A stretch of DNA of 64,000 nt from an uncultured Bacteroidota bacterium. Its GTDB lineage: Bacteria; Bacteroidota; Bacteroidia; Cytophagales; Cyclobacteriaceae. Below the pieces are notes generated by a model. The model was given only the letters and a program-made list of their open reading frames with translations. It had not been told where the DNA came from and did not search any database. Of this stretch, positions 20,140-32,900 are shown piece by piece (positions within the stretch are counted from its first letter, which is position 1; each line of letters starts with the position of its first letter). Location of the stretch: contig CAWEZB010000017.1 in NCBI GenBank assembly GCA_963813425.1, positions 46,750-110,749 on the forward strand. The letters run 5' to 3'. The position numbers and the translations under genes are program-made.

Positions 20140-21428
20140 TCAACTAAACGCCTGGCATACTATGATCACAAAATAATGTTTTAAGCATTCTTGTCGGGCA
20201 TGAGACTTGAAAACAGTGTTCTCTTTTCGAGCTTTTTTTACGCCGTTAAGCAAAAGGCCCAACCAAGTATTCCGTACACAGTACTTGTAACTTACCATTA
20301 CGAGAATAATACTTGGGACAAAGATGAGAATAAGTTTTAATGCCCAGGTTATCTCATATTCTGCGACGATGATTTGGAAGAAGCCAATAACAGGCAGGTG
20401 GATTAAATATCCCCAATAGGAAGCATCCGATAGGTAACGCACCTTTTGACTGGATGAAGAGAAATAGGTCATCATGTATCCAATGAAAGCGAAGGCAGTC
20501 GTAATGGAGGCAAAAGCATAAAGAGCATTTAACAAAGCGAGAATGAGTCCTGCATTTGAAGGAGATCGATCAGCAAGCAGGAGATTTAATACGATTAGCA
20601 ATACAATCAAGCGAGATACCGAGAATTAGGTTTGAAGATCTGAATTTCTCAATGTTTTTTAGTAAACCGACTTGACGATAAATGAACCAGCCCAGGGTAA
20701 AGTACATTCCGTACAAAATGAACGGGGCGATCCTCGGTATAAATCCGGAAGCTGATGTGTCCACACCAAACCAATCTCTCATACCGAGCATTGGCACTAC
20801 CATGAATAGTCCGATGATCAGGCTCCCCCACCATCTTTCCATGGTGTAAACAAGGAACCGATCTACAGCATATCGTATTTTTTCTTTCTTATCAATGCTT
20901 TCTTACAATCGGCCTTAACATCACCACGGCAGTACAAAAGAGTATGAGGAAATAAAGGAACCACAAATGCATAAATGGAAACCCTTTACTTAAGACCATA
21001 TAATCAGGCAACTTTGCGACAGCCTCGGTGTATGACGTATTTTTTAAATATTGTATTCCCCAAACCCATAAGTTGAATGTGGTCACATAAAGGATTGGCC
21101 AGAAAAGAAGTAAAGGGAGGACAAGTCTTTTGGTTCGGTTCGTCACGAATCCCCAATATCCTTTTCGGCAGAATAAGAGATGCGCAAAGAATCCAGCCAT
21201 GAGAAAAAAAGCCTGCATTCTGAAAACGTGTGAGGCATAGAACAATATATCCAACAACAGGCTGCTTTGAGAATCTCCGGTTATCCAATCCCACTTCGCG
21301 TAGGAAATAAATGATTCGATTCCATGATGGAAGATTCCGATAAACAGGGCCATAGCCCGGGCGGCATCTAAACCATGAAAACGTTCTGTACTGAAAGAAC
21401 TTGAGGGTAATTGATTCGGGACTTGCAT
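20140..21428 (-). CDS. Acyltransferase family 3 (OpgC-like), frameshifted
   Basis: RFHGLDAARA, HVFRMQAFF, HLWFLYFL and LSDASYWGYLIHLP, spread over three fragments. Confidence 0.82.
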
Positions 21429-21493
21429 GCTATACTTTTTTGCAAAGGAACGGGGATGGCAAAAAAGCTATCGGCAGAAATGAATCCAATTCC

Positions 21494-21524
21494 GCTGAGT
21501 TGTAGCATATTTCCCCCTGAGATG
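21494..21524 (-). promoter_or_regulatory. Putative LytTR direct-repeat operator upstream of the acyltransferase
   Basis: CA(T/A)CTCAG occurs twice with a 22-bp period on the minus strand, between the LytTR gene and its neighbour. Confidence 0.5.
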
Positions 21525-21529
21525 TCGGT

Positions 21530-22375
21530 TTATTCGGCTTGAAACCAGGTCTTGAAAGAAGAGGCTCTCGTTCTGCTCACGTTTAGCGGCGAAGAAATTG
21601 ATGAATGGGATATAATCAGAATGTTCAGTTTTCCATTCACATCCTTTTCGAAACCAGACACGATTTGGCGATGAATCAAGGTTTGGCGGTTGAGCCGAAA
21701 GAAAGAGGAAGTTGGGAGAAATTTTTCAAGTTTATCCATTGACTGGTCCAATAGAAACTTCTTGCCATCCACCGTATAACAAATGATGTAATCACCATCG
21801 ACCCTAAAACCCGCTATATTACTATAGGTAAGAAAAAATTCCTGCTTGCCAGACTTAACGTTCAGGCCGCCCTTTTTTAATTTGTTTTCCTCGACACGTT
21901 TACTTTCACTAAGACGCCATTCGCTGTAAAAGTGGATGGCGATATAAATTCCATTGATAACCAGAAACCAAACTGAAATGATAAAGATATCATAGGAAAA
22001 AAAACTAACGGGCATCGGTCTTTCTGTGAATGCATAATGAATGATAACCGTTAACGCGATAATAATGAACATCCCAATGAATAGCGTTGCGATAATTTGA
22101 ACGATCAATCGTTTAAGCACATTTTCTTGGAAGGGCATTCTTTGGTCCAGATAGAGGATAACAAAATGAACAGCTGCCCAGGCTGCATAACCTTCGAGGG
22201 TATCGATCGAAAAGGTGAGCAAAGTTCTCCAGCCAAGGGAGATGTTATTATATGTTAAATAGTAGTTGAATACATTTATCAGCGGAATCAATAATAGAAA
22301 AATCTTAATTTCAGAGGTGTAGCGTTTAGATTCGTTCATTCTACATAGTCTTTCATCAAAATAAGGATTTCCCAT
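21530..22375 (-). CDS. Membrane-anchored LytTR DNA-binding protein
   Basis: About four N-terminal TM segments and a C-terminal LytTR domain (FFRLNRQTLI, VSRTRA). Confidence 0.85.
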   Translation of the reverse strand: MGNPYFDERLCRMNESKRYTSEIKIFLLLIPLINVFNYYLTYNNISLGWRTLLTFSIDTLEGYAAWAAVHFVILYLDQRMPFQENVLKRLIVQIIATLFIGMFIIIALTVIIHYAFTERPMPVSFFSYDIFIISVWFLVINGIYIAIHFYSEWRLSESKRVEENKLKKGGLNVKSGKQEFFLTYSNIAGFRVDGDYIICYTVDGKKFLLDQSMDKLEKFLPTSSFFRLNRQTLIHRQIVSGFEKDVNGKLNILIISHSSISSPLNVSRTRASSFKTWFQAE

Positions 22376-22542
22376 CTCTTCTTGTTCTCTTCACTGTCAT
22401 ATTAAGAAATTATAACCAGTTGCACATTCAGTTATTAAAACGTTCCGCTTAAGCAGATTGAAATTTTGAAGTCCCCCCGCCAGCGCTAACAGTCTTCCCG
22501 CCCATAAACTAAAATTGCCGGATTTTGTTAAGTTTACAACGT

Positions 22543-23154
22543 ATGAACTCCTCAAAACGGACTGATCTTGAACTTTTGGATCTGATAAAAGCTGGTGACC
22601 GTCGAGCGTTTGCTACCATTTATGATCGCCATTGTGCCGTATTATATCGAACAGCTTTCAATATTCTAAGCGATCATGATCTTGCTAAAGATGTCGTCCA
22701 GGAAACGTTCATTATGTTGTTTGAAAAAGTTAATGAGAGAACTATCATAAATCTTCAAGCCTATCTTTTTCAGACTGCAAAGTATAAGTGTTTTATGCAT
22801 TTGCGATCCGGTCGAATTTCTGAAAAGCATCTTCATGAAATTAATTTGATTATTGAATCCAACACCTTAGAGGAAGAGTTGGATGCAAAAGAACTTCAAA
22901 CCGTGCTCGATCAGAGTATTGCAACATTGCCGGAAAAGTGCCGCGAAGTATTTTATCTCAGCCGGTTTGAATCGCTTTCCAATAAAAAAATTGCGGAACG
23001 ACTCAAAATCTCACACAAAACGGTTGAAAATCAGATCACCAAGGCCTTGAAAATCCTGCATACCTCCGTCGATAAACTAACCGCCTTTATCCTTTTTCAT
23101 TGGATTGTAAAGGTGTTCAGACCCTTTGTAAAAAAATATTTTTCCTGCGCGTAG
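22543..23154 (+). CDS. ECF sigma-70 factor
   Basis: AKDVVQETF and LPEKCREVFYLSRFESLSNKKIAERLKISHKTVENQITKALK. Confidence 0.9.
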   Translation: MNSSKRTDLELLDLIKAGDRRAFATIYDRHCAVLYRTAFNILSDHDLAKDVVQETFIMLFEKVNERTIINLQAYLFQTAKYKCFMHLRSGRISEKHLHEINLIIESNTLEEELDAKELQTVLDQSIATLPEKCREVFYLSRFESLSNKKIAERLKISHKTVENQITKALKILHTSVDKLTAFILFHWIVKVFRPFVKKYFSCA

Positions 23155-23187
23155 GGGATATTTCAATCGTGTGCAACTAATAAGCAC

Positions 23188-24167
23188 ATGAAAATCACCA
23201 AAGTTGAATTCCAGGCGCTTTTAGATAAGTACCTGAATGGGTTGGCTTCCCCAGATGAAACAAAATTATTGGACCAATTCTTTGATTCATATCACAAGAA
23301 GCCTGTCGCCGTCGGCGAGGTTACTGAAGAAATCAAGGAAGAAATCCTGCAGAACATTCAGGCCACAATTGGTGTAGATATAAGAAACCCTGATTCAAAG
23401 GGCAGGGGCCTTCAGGTATGGCTCCGGGCAGCGGCAGTCGTTTCATTTGTGCTGATTGCATCCTATTTCCTGCTCGATCGGTTTGGACTGCAGGAAAAAA
23501 AAACACAATCACTCGTCGCGAAACTAAAAGAAGTGCGTGCTTCCAAAGGTCAGAAGCTTGACATCAGGCTTCCCGACGGATCGCGGATACAATTAAATGC
23601 TAACAGCACAATTTCATATCCGGAAAAATTCGCTGGGGAAATTCGCGAGGTAACGCTGAAAGGTGAAGCCTATTTTGATGTTACGCACATCCCTTCCCGA
23701 CCTTTTATTGTACGTACCACATATGCTAGCACGCAGGTTTTGGGAACGTCTTTTAATATACTTCACGCGGATGAGGCGTACAACCATCACGCTGGTAGAG
23801 GGTAAGGTAAATGTCTCGCTTACCGAATGGGCAAACAGCGTTGCTCACACCCAACCGACAGACAACAATTGGGAAGGACTCCAGGCGTATCGACACACAT
23901 CAGGTTGACGTCGAAAAATATGTTGGCTGGAAAAATAATACCCTTCACTTCAACAACATTACGGTGAAGGAGGCTTTCGCAACCATGGAAAATTGGTACA
24001 ACGTCGAGATCGAAGTCAACAACCCTGCGCTGATGAATTGTATTATAAACTCAAAATATCAAAATGAATCTTTAGAAAATGTCCTGAACAGTTTCCGGTT
24101 CATGTTGAAAATGGATTTTAAGATTAACGGACAACATATTACCGTATCCGGTAAAGGTTGTCCCTGA
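23188..24167 (+). CDS. fecR: FecR-family anti-sigma factor, frameshifted
   Basis: LPDGSRIQLNANS, LKGEAYFDV and VLGTSFN; C-terminal domain in ORF 23811-24167. Confidence 0.85.
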
Positions 24168-24332
24168 AAAACAAAAAATAAGAACCATGAAAATACAAGG
24201 AATCCACCTGGAAAGGTCACCCCCTTTATAGCATGTTATAATGCAATAAAGGATAGTCCGGAGTTTACATTTTGACCGATGCGCTCCGGACTATAGTCTG
24301 AAATTTATTCAAATTCAAACCATCATAAACTT

Positions 24333-27300
24333 ATGAAAATAGTTTTACTGAAACTACTTATGCGTGTTTCAAGGTATACGTTACGGCTTTTTTTAATACA
24401 GGTCATTTGTATGAACCTCGGACTGGCAGCGTCAACCAACAGCCAAAGCCTTGACAAAATAAAAGTATCCCTTTCCCTTGAAGACGCTCCTTTGACAACT
24501 GTGTTCAAGGAATTAGAAGCCAAGACAAAATTTGTGTTTGCCTATTCTGCAGAACTGGACGCTGAAAAATCGTTCGACTTACACTACCAGGATGCGTCGT
24601 TGCGCGAGGTGCTCGAAGATCTTTCCAAAGAGGCTTTTATAGAATTCAAGCGGATCAACAATACAATTTCCGTCACCTCAAGAGAGATACGCAAGGGTAG
24701 ACCCGTGCAGGCAGCTGATACCGGTTAGCGGCACGGTAACGGACGAGGGGGGCGTTGCACTACCAGGTGTGAATGTTGTGGAAAAAGGTACAACTAACGG
24801 TACATCTACTGATGCAAATGGAAACTTTTACGCTTCAGGTAACAGACGAGAACAGTGTGCTTGTCATTTCTTTTATCGGCTACAGGAGCCAGGAGATAAA
24901 AGTGGGAACACAGACATCCATCCCCGTAAAACTTCTGCTGGACGTTACTACAATGCAGGAGATTGTGGTAATCGGATATGGTGAACAGGAGAAAGAAAGA
25001 TCTTACGGGCGCTGTATCGGTAATCGATAACAAAGATCTTTCTAAAGTCCAGGCTGCCACGGTGGCTGAAGCAATGCAGGGATTGGCAGCTGGCGTTAAT
25101 GTCCGTAACAGCGGTCGGGCAGGAAGTGAATCAACCATTGAAATACGCGGCCTCGGTAATTTCTCAAACAATCAGCCCCTCTACGTCATCGATGGTGTTC
25201 CTACCGTAGCTACGCGCGACTTCAATTCCAGTGATATTGAATCGATTCAGATATTAAAGGATGCTTCAGCGGCGGCAATATATGGATCAAGGGCTGCTAA
25301 CGGCGTAATTATTATCACCACCAAAAAGGGAAAAGCTGGCCCGCTGAAAATAGAATTTTCGGGTAGGTATGGGGTTCAGACGCTGCCAAAATATGATTTC
25401 ATGAATGCTGCCGACTTTAAAAAATATAATACGATGGCTTATCGGGAATCGATTGAAGTGGAACAATTTCCTTGGGTTATTGACCAGGGATATCAGCAAT
25501 TCCCGGAGGGCATTGACACCGATTGGCAAAGCGAAACTTTCCGCACGGCGCAGACACAGGATTATAACCTCACGTTTTCAGGTGGAAATGAATTTGGCAC
25601 TTACCTCGTTTCGGGAAATTACTTCGGTAACGACGGAACCAGCTTCGGCTCCTCGTTTGATCGTTATAGTTTCCGCGTCAACACTGAAGGAAAACGGGGT
25701 GCGCTCAAAATTGGTGAAAACCTTTCCATTGCTCGTGGATTTTCGGAGGATCTTATCACGAACCCCTACTGGGATATGCTTCGGATGTTACCAACGATAC
25801 CCGTATACGATCCGAGCAAACCCAGGCGGCTTTGGCTATGGGAATGAAGGATCTGCACGGACCTTTGGTGTTAACCCGATTGCGCGTGAATCATTGGAAG
25901 AGACAACCAATGAAAATATTCGCTTGCGTGGAAATGCCTATGCGGAGGTTAGCTTCCTGAAAGACGCTTTGAAATACAGACTTAACCTTGGTCTTGAAAC
26001 CAGCAACGAAAGATATAAGTATGTCCGCAGAGTGGGCAACTGGACATTAAATCAACCATTTGATCCCTCCGCTGTAAATGAAAACAGAGGCCAGTATGTT
26101 TCATCCCTCGTGGAAAATACCTTACACTTTGACAAGAACTTTGGTAAGCATCATATCGATGCTTTGGCAGGAACAACTTTCCAGCGTCAGAAATATGAGC
26201 AGATCTGGGGAACGAAACGCAATCTCATCGAGATCGGTGGAAAATATTATGATGTGCTGGATGCCGGTACTACAAATCCTGAATCGGGTGGATTTACAAA
26301 TGAGGATGTGCTCATCTCTTACCTGGGCAGATTCAATTATTCGTATGATGAAAAGTATTATCTGACTGGAACAATACGCAGGGATGGATCATCACGTTTT
26401 GCGGAGGATAATCGTTGGGGAAATTTTCCATCCATAAGCGCTGCGTGGCGTATTAGCAAAGAGAATTTCTTTAGTGTCAGATTTCATCGACGATCTGAAG
26501 ATCCGTGCAAACTACGGAACACTGGGTAATTCAAACATTGGACGCTGGATTGGTTATGGTGGAAGCTTCTATGGTTCTGCTCTCTATAATCTGGGTAACT
26601 GGGATTATCAGTCCTTGCTAAACTCTACCATTGTTGCCACGCTCGGACGTGACCAACATATTGTCAATGGCGCAGCGCAGGTTAAGCTTGGCCAATGCAG
26701 ACCTCCGCTGGGAAACGAAAGAGGTTGTAAATATTGGAACGGACATGAGCTTCCTCAATAACCGGCTGGCTTTTACGCTGGAATACTTCGTGGCAACGAC
26801 AGAGGATGTACTTACTGAAATGCCAATTTTATTATCCACCGGTAATGACGGTGGAAATCCATTCGTCAACGCAGCAAGTATACGCAACAAAGGTGTTGAG
26901 GTGACCACGACGTGGAAAGATCAGCGGCCCGGCGGACTTCGCTACAGCGTTACTGCGAATTTTTCGACCATTAGGAATGAGGTACTGGAACTGGGTTATG
27001 GCAATGAAGAAGTCCTCAGCGGTATTACGAAAACAGAAATCGGAGAACCCATTGGTATGTTTTTCCTACGGAAAACTGATGGTATTTTCAGGAGCGAAGA
27101 AGAAGTTCTGAACCACGTGAACTCACAAGGCAAAATCATTCAGCCTAATGCCAAACCTGGCGATATCCGGTATGTAGATGCTGACGATAATGGGCGAAAT
27201 CAATGATGCAGATAGACAAATCGTTGGAAATCCATGGCCAAAGTTCGATTTAGGACTCGTGATCAATCTGGAGTATAAGAATTTTGACTTGTCAACAATT

Positions 27301-27735
27301 TGGTATGGTTCATTCGGACAGGAAGTGTACAATGGGTCGCGTTCAACAGTAGAACGGTTTGACGATAATTCGAATTACTTTGCGTTTGAGAAAGGAAGTG
27401 AACCTTATCAGGAAAATCCGAATAGTGATTTTCCCCGGATTTTGTATGGCGATGACCGTAATGCTCGCGGCGACACAGACCGCTGGCTGGAGGATGGTTC
27501 ATATTTCCGCCTTCGCAACGTAACGCTTGGCTACAACATTCCAAAAGGTTTTGCAGAACGTATTCTGCTGAGCAACGCCCGCATATATGTTACAGGACAA
27601 AATCTGCTAACCTTTACGAAGTATGATGGCCTGGATCCTGACTTTACCGCGCCGGATATCTGGCGAAGAGGTCACGACGAAGTTCGATATCCGAACGCGA
27701 AAACATTTTTGGTAGGTGTTCAATTTAATTTCTGA
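24333..27735 (+). CDS. susC: SusC/RagA TonB-dependent transporter with N-terminal signalling extension, multiply frameshifted
   Basis: LKDASAAAIYGSRAANGVIIITTKKG, RRDGSSRF, EDGSYFRLRNVTLGY and C-terminal GVQFNF. Confidence 0.9.
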
Positions 27736-27742
27736 TCTCGCT

Positions 27743-29305
27743 ATGAAAAGCTTAAAAATATATTTACTCGTAACGCTGTTTATGTCGATCACCTTTAGCT
27801 GCAGCGAAGATTTGTTAGACATTGAAAATCCAAATACGCCGACCGTAGAACAAGCATGGAAAACCGAGAAGGATGCTGAGATGGGAATCAACGCGGTATA
27901 CAATATGTTCTACAAACCTTCTACGTGGACGCGATGGATTTATTTCCGTTACGACCTTGCTTCCGATGAAGGCCATAGCACAAGTCCATGGGGTGAGTTA
28001 GCGGACTGGACACGTTTCCGCTATAACAACTATAACTTCTGGGATGGCAATAACTGGCACTGGAGAGATTTCTATAAGGCGATATTCCGGACCAACCAGG
28101 TACTCGCATTTGTGCCGGATATTCCGTTCAGCAATGAAGCTGATAAAGAGAAGATCCTTGCACAAGCCAGATTTGTTCGTGCCTTATATTATTTTCAGAT
28201 CGCATTGCTTTGGGAGAACGCTCCTATCATACTTGAGCCTTCCGAACCGCAGGACGAACCAGCACAAAAAACCGAAGCGGAGCTATGGGCGCAGGTAGAA
28301 GAAGATTTGAATTGGGCAAAAGATAAATTGCCGGATCAGTGGGATGATGGCAATGTAGGTCGGGCTACGAAGGGCGCAGCCAAGGCGTTGCTTGCAAGAG
28401 CATTGATGCAGCAAAAGAAATATACAGAGGCAAAAACGGAACTCGAATGGCTGGTTACCGGAGAAGGTAAAGGCTATTACGGTCTTGTCGATGACTATCG
28501 CGACAACTTTACGCACCTGAATGAAAACAACAAAGAGTCCGTTTTTGAAATCCAGTTTAGCGATGTGAACAAAGGAAATGATGGTGATAATTTAAATGCA
28601 TCGATGGGTTTTCAGCGGACACAGTTTTTTGCACCTGGTGGCATTGGCTGGCAGGATGGTAAAGCACGCGCCTGGCTGATCGATGAGTACAAGAAAGAAA
28701 AAACGAAAGATGGTTTGAATGATTCACGTTTGATGTACAACATTTTTTACAAGCAAGCCTATCGTGATTTTCCGCAGGCTGCTGCAAACGATACGCTCGT
28801 TTACGGAAGAGCCTGGAATAATCAGGATTGGGGAAATGAAACATTTATCAAGAAGTATTCAACGTATTACTATCGCGACCGCGAAGATTATCATGCACCC
28901 AACAACTTCAGGTTTATTCGTTATGCCGATGTGCTGTTGCTTTATGCGGAGTGTTTGAATGAAGCAGGGCAAACGGCCGAAGCCTACACATACGTGAACA
29001 TGGTGCGTGAGCGGCCCAGTACAAATCTCGAAAAATTGGAAGTCGCACACCCGGAAATTGGAAACGATAAAGTCCTTTTCAAAAAACGTCTGCAGATGGA
29101 ACGGTCACTCGAATTGTGTTTTGAAGCTGTGCGCTGGATGGATCTGAAACGTTGGGATTTGCTGACGACACAGGCAGGCCTTGACGAACTGAAAACGCGC
29201 GATATTGATTTCAATAATTTTATGCTGCAACGTCATCATCGGTTGCCGATTCCACAGATCGAAGTAGACAATAACCAAAACCTGACGCAGAACACGCCTT
29301 ACTAA
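27743..29305 (+). CDS. susD: SusD/RagB lipoprotein
   Basis: Lipoprotein Cys (TFSC), GRATKGAAKALLAR, IRYADVLLLYAE and ERSLELCFEAVRWMDLKRW. Confidence 0.92.
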   Translation: MKSLKIYLLVTLFMSITFSCSEDLLDIENPNTPTVEQAWKTEKDAEMGINAVYNMFYKPSTWTRWIYFRYDLASDEGHSTSPWGELADWTRFRYNNYNFWDGNNWHWRDFYKAIFRTNQVLAFVPDIPFSNEADKEKILAQARFVRALYYFQIALLWENAPIILEPSEPQDEPAQKTEAELWAQVEEDLNWAKDKLPDQWDDGNVGRATKGAAKALLARALMQQKKYTEAKTELEWLVTGEGKGYYGLVDDYRDNFTHLNENNKESVFEIQFSDVNKGNDGDNLNASMGFQRTQFFAPGGIGWQDGKARAWLIDEYKKEKTKDGLNDSRLMYNIFYKQAYRDFPQAAANDTLVYGRAWNNQDWGNETFIKKYSTYYYRDREDYHAPNNFRFIRYADVLLLYAECLNEAGQTAEAYTYVNMVRERPSTNLEKLEVAHPEIGNDKVLFKKRLQMERSLELCFEAVRWMDLKRWDLLTTQAGLDELKTRDIDFNNFMLQRHHRLPIPQIEVDNNQNLTQNTPY

Positions 29306-29317
29306 AAATATTTTATG

Positions 29318-29347
29318 AGGAAGCACTTGTCAGAGTGCTTCCTTTTT
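29318..29347 (+). terminator. Intrinsic terminator/attenuator after susD
   Basis: AGGAAGCACT-tgtcag-AGTGCTTCCT followed by TTTT. Confidence 0.7.
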
Positions 29348-29374
29348 ACCTGTACCTACCAATAATTTTTACGC

Positions 29375-31137
29375 GTGAATTCGTGAAGGAATTTTATACG
29401 TTGGTCTTCTTATTTTTTTTAAGTGACATAATGTGTCAGGATGAAGGAACTGTTTCATGAGGAATAAACCGAGCCACAAGAACCTGTCAACGGGATCCGT
29501 ATTGCCTGGGATTATACCACGCTCAAACAACTTTCGCCGCTCAATGCTAAGTATTCGGGTTATGCGCGCATGATTAAACTTCACGATGGAAATTTGTTTT
29601 GTGTTTATGAAAGTGACAAAGCAACACATGCCATAAAAAGTATCGATGGTGGTAAACACTGGAGTGAACCTATGATCATTGCTTCCCCTGAAAATAATAT
29701 TGCGTGCGCAGTGCCTGAAGTATTACAGTTGCAGGATCAAAGCATACTTGTTTCTTACAACCTGAGGCCACCGGCCAATAATACTGATCCGGAAAAACGA
29801 TTTTCTATCCAGGTTACAAGAAGCGTGGACGGTGGTGAGCAGTTGGACTAAACCAGTCGAGGTTTATAAGGCGGGATATGAATTTAAAAATGGCTGCTGG
29901 GAGCCTGCTCAAATTCAATTGCCCTCTGGAGAAATTCAGCTGTATATCGCCAACGAGGGTCCCTATACGCAGAGCAATGAGCAGGAAATCACGATATTTC
30001 GATCCATTGATCAAGGTTCGACCTGGACAACAGGCGAGACAGTAAGTTTCAGAAGCGGTCACCGTGATGGCATGCCCGTTCCGCTGTTGCTGAAAAACAA
30101 GCAGGAGATAATTGTTGCCATTGAAGATAATGGTATAGGAGGGAAAGAGTTTAAGCCGGCGATCATTCGTACGTCGGCCGTTAATAGCTGGAGCAATGCT
30201 CCTGTGTTGTCAGCTGACGTGGCACGTGAGTATGCGATGGATAAGTCAGCAGCAATCACTGACACAAAATATGCAGGCGCGCCTTACATCAGGCAGCTTC
30301 CATCGGGTGAAGTAATACTGTCCTACCAGGGAAATGAACTGCGAAAAGATTTTCAATGGGATCGCAGCGATATGATCGTATCGATCGGGTCTTCCGAAGG
30401 AAGAAACTTCAATCGTAAGAGCACGCCATTTTATATTTCTGATCCTGCAAAGACTGCTTTGTGGAATTCGCTGTGCGTTGAAAACGACAGCACTGTCATT
30501 GCCCTTAGTTCGACCAACGCTTACGGAAAAACTGCCGTGTGGATGATCAAGGGACATATACTTCCCGAAATAAAATCGCGTCGCGCGACAATCAACATCG
30601 ATGGGAAAAAAAATGAGGAACTATGGAGACACCAAAGCACCTGTGTTTATTGGTGGATTCGGACCGACGCAAGCAAGCATCAATACTGCCTGGAATAAGG
30701 ACATGTTTTTTTTAACAGCGGATGTGCAGGATAACAAAGTCTTTTCCGCATCGGGTGATCTGCAGAAAGATGATGCTGTTCAGTTCTTTCTTGATCCTCA
30801 AAATCGTTCACTGCAATTACCGGATGAGAATATTTTTTCTGTTACGGTGACGGCTGGAGGAAAATGTTTTTACCAGCAAGGAAAAAATGGTTCCTGGGTT
30901 CACTGGAAGCCGTCTGGAATCGTGACGAAATCCAGGGAGACTGATACTGGCTACCACATCGAAGTTGCAATTCCATGGACTGTTCTGCACTACGTTCCAA
31001 AAACGAATCAGCGCATTGGTTTTCATGCGACCGTGCTGGAAACCGCTACCGGAATTCAACACGACTATGCGGAGCCGCTCGCGGGAAATATTACGGATGC
31101 TCCCTATTCATGGTCACCTTTGTTTTTAATCGATTAG
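29375..31137 (+). CDS. BNR/Asp-box beta-propeller (sialidase-like) glycosidase with C-terminal CBM9-like domain, frameshifted; start uncertain
   Basis: Asp-boxes SIDGGKHW, SVDGG and SIDQGSTW; RDGMP; C-terminal IDGK..E..W, VQD and YHIEVAIPW. Confidence 0.72.
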
Positions 31138-31142
31138 CGCGC

Positions 31143-32900
31143 ATGCGGAAAAGCAACTACATACACGTCCATTCCACAGCTAATGCTTATTCCCGTTGTC
31201 ATGATGGTGGTGACTGGATTTGAAAGCACAGACATTCTCTAATCCAATCAGCGATCTGGCAGACCCTCACATTACATATTATAATAACTTTTACTATCTC
31301 ACCGGTACAACAGGATCAAATATTACCATTAGGAAAGCGTCGACATTGAATTCCTTAAAATTTGCACCCGCAGTAGTCGTGTTTACACCGCCGTCAGGTG
31401 GACCCTGTTGTAATTTTTGGGCTCCTGAATTACATCGTATCAACGATACATGGTATGTATACTATACGGCGGGAACCAATCCCGACTCACATCTCAACGT
31501 ACCTGGGTTATTGAAAACACATCCAGCGACCCCGTTACGGGAAGCTGGACGAACAAAGGCCAGATCTACCATCCTGCGGAAAACTTTTGGGCAATCGATG
31601 GTTCTGTCTTTCAGCTAAACGACAAAAACTATTTTATATGGTCGGGACATAGCAATGCTTCGAACACAGTGCAAAACATTTACATCTCAGAGATGAGTAA
31701 TCCCTGGACCTTGACCGGACCGCGGGTAATGTTATCAAGTCCTGAATATCTCTGGGAACGCAATGGCGAGATAAACGAAGGGCCTGTTGTATTGCAAAAA
31801 AACGATAAGGTGTTCCTGATCTATTCGGCGTCTGGATGCTGGACGGATGATTATTCATTGGGAATGTTGACCATGAATGAATCAGACGATCCGTTAAATG
31901 CGTCATCATGGACAAAGTCAGATCAACCAGTCTTTGTCACCAATGCCTCCGCTCACGCTTACGGACCAGGACACAATGGATTCTTTTTATCGCCCGATGG
32001 AACGGAAGTTTGGAATACCTACCACGCTACAACCATTGCAGGAGGTGCCTGTGATTTTACGCGTACAACGCGTGCACAAAAGGTGGAATGGAATGCCGAT
32101 GGAACACCTGACTTTGGTTCGCCAGTAACGACCGGCGAGACGTTCACGGCACCTGCAGGAGAAATTGAACAGCCTGTCTCTGCTAACGCTTGCATAACGG
32201 AATTTATAAACTCGTATCGAAGGCAAGCGACAAAGTACTTGACATTGCGGAATGTTCGGCAGCGCTGGGAGCAGATGTAATTCAGACAACCTGGACAGGC
32301 AAGGATTGTCAGCGATGGAATGTTCAGGCAACGGACGATGGTTACTTTGTTTTAACCTCTGTGCGTGGAGGCCTTGCGTTGGATGTTGCAGGATGTTCGA
32401 ATGACAATTACGCCAACGTACAGACATGGGCACCCAATGGTGCGCCATGCCAGCAGTGGAAGATTGAAGATGCGGGCAACGGATATTATCGCTTGCTGGC
32501 CCGCAACAGCAACAAGGCATTAACGGTGGTGACGAATTCGCAGACTGAAGGTGCGAATGTTCTTCAACAGGATTGGTCCGGTGCCGATGGCCAGCAATGG
32601 CGTATCGAAGTCGCAGAAGAAGTAGTAACGGCGTTAGAAAAAAATGATTCAGTTCAGTTTTCTGTTTTCCCTAACCCAGTGAAAAATACCCTCACCATTT
32701 CACAAATTTCATCTCATAAATATAATCGATGAAGTAACACTTGACAGATTTGGTTTCCAGGGTGGTATTTCACGAGACTGTATCCAACGAAGGTGAACAA
32801 TGGATAATTGAATACAACCGACTTTTCATCTGGATTATATTTTCTCCGGATCAAGTCAGGCAAAAAAGAATTTACAACGAAAATAGTTATCGAGAAATGA
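31143..32900 (+). CDS. GH43 glycosidase + ricin-B lectin domain + T9SS C-terminal domain, frameshifted
   Basis: ADPHI, WAPELH, WAIDG, NEGP and GPGHNGFF; QxW ricin repeats; VFPNPVKN...KIVIEK tail. Confidence 0.82.

Noticed and set aside
24333-27735. Programmed frameshifting or phase variation in susC and other split genes
   Set aside because: There are too many scattered shifts with no consistent slippery motif or long tract; sequencing error is the simpler explanation.
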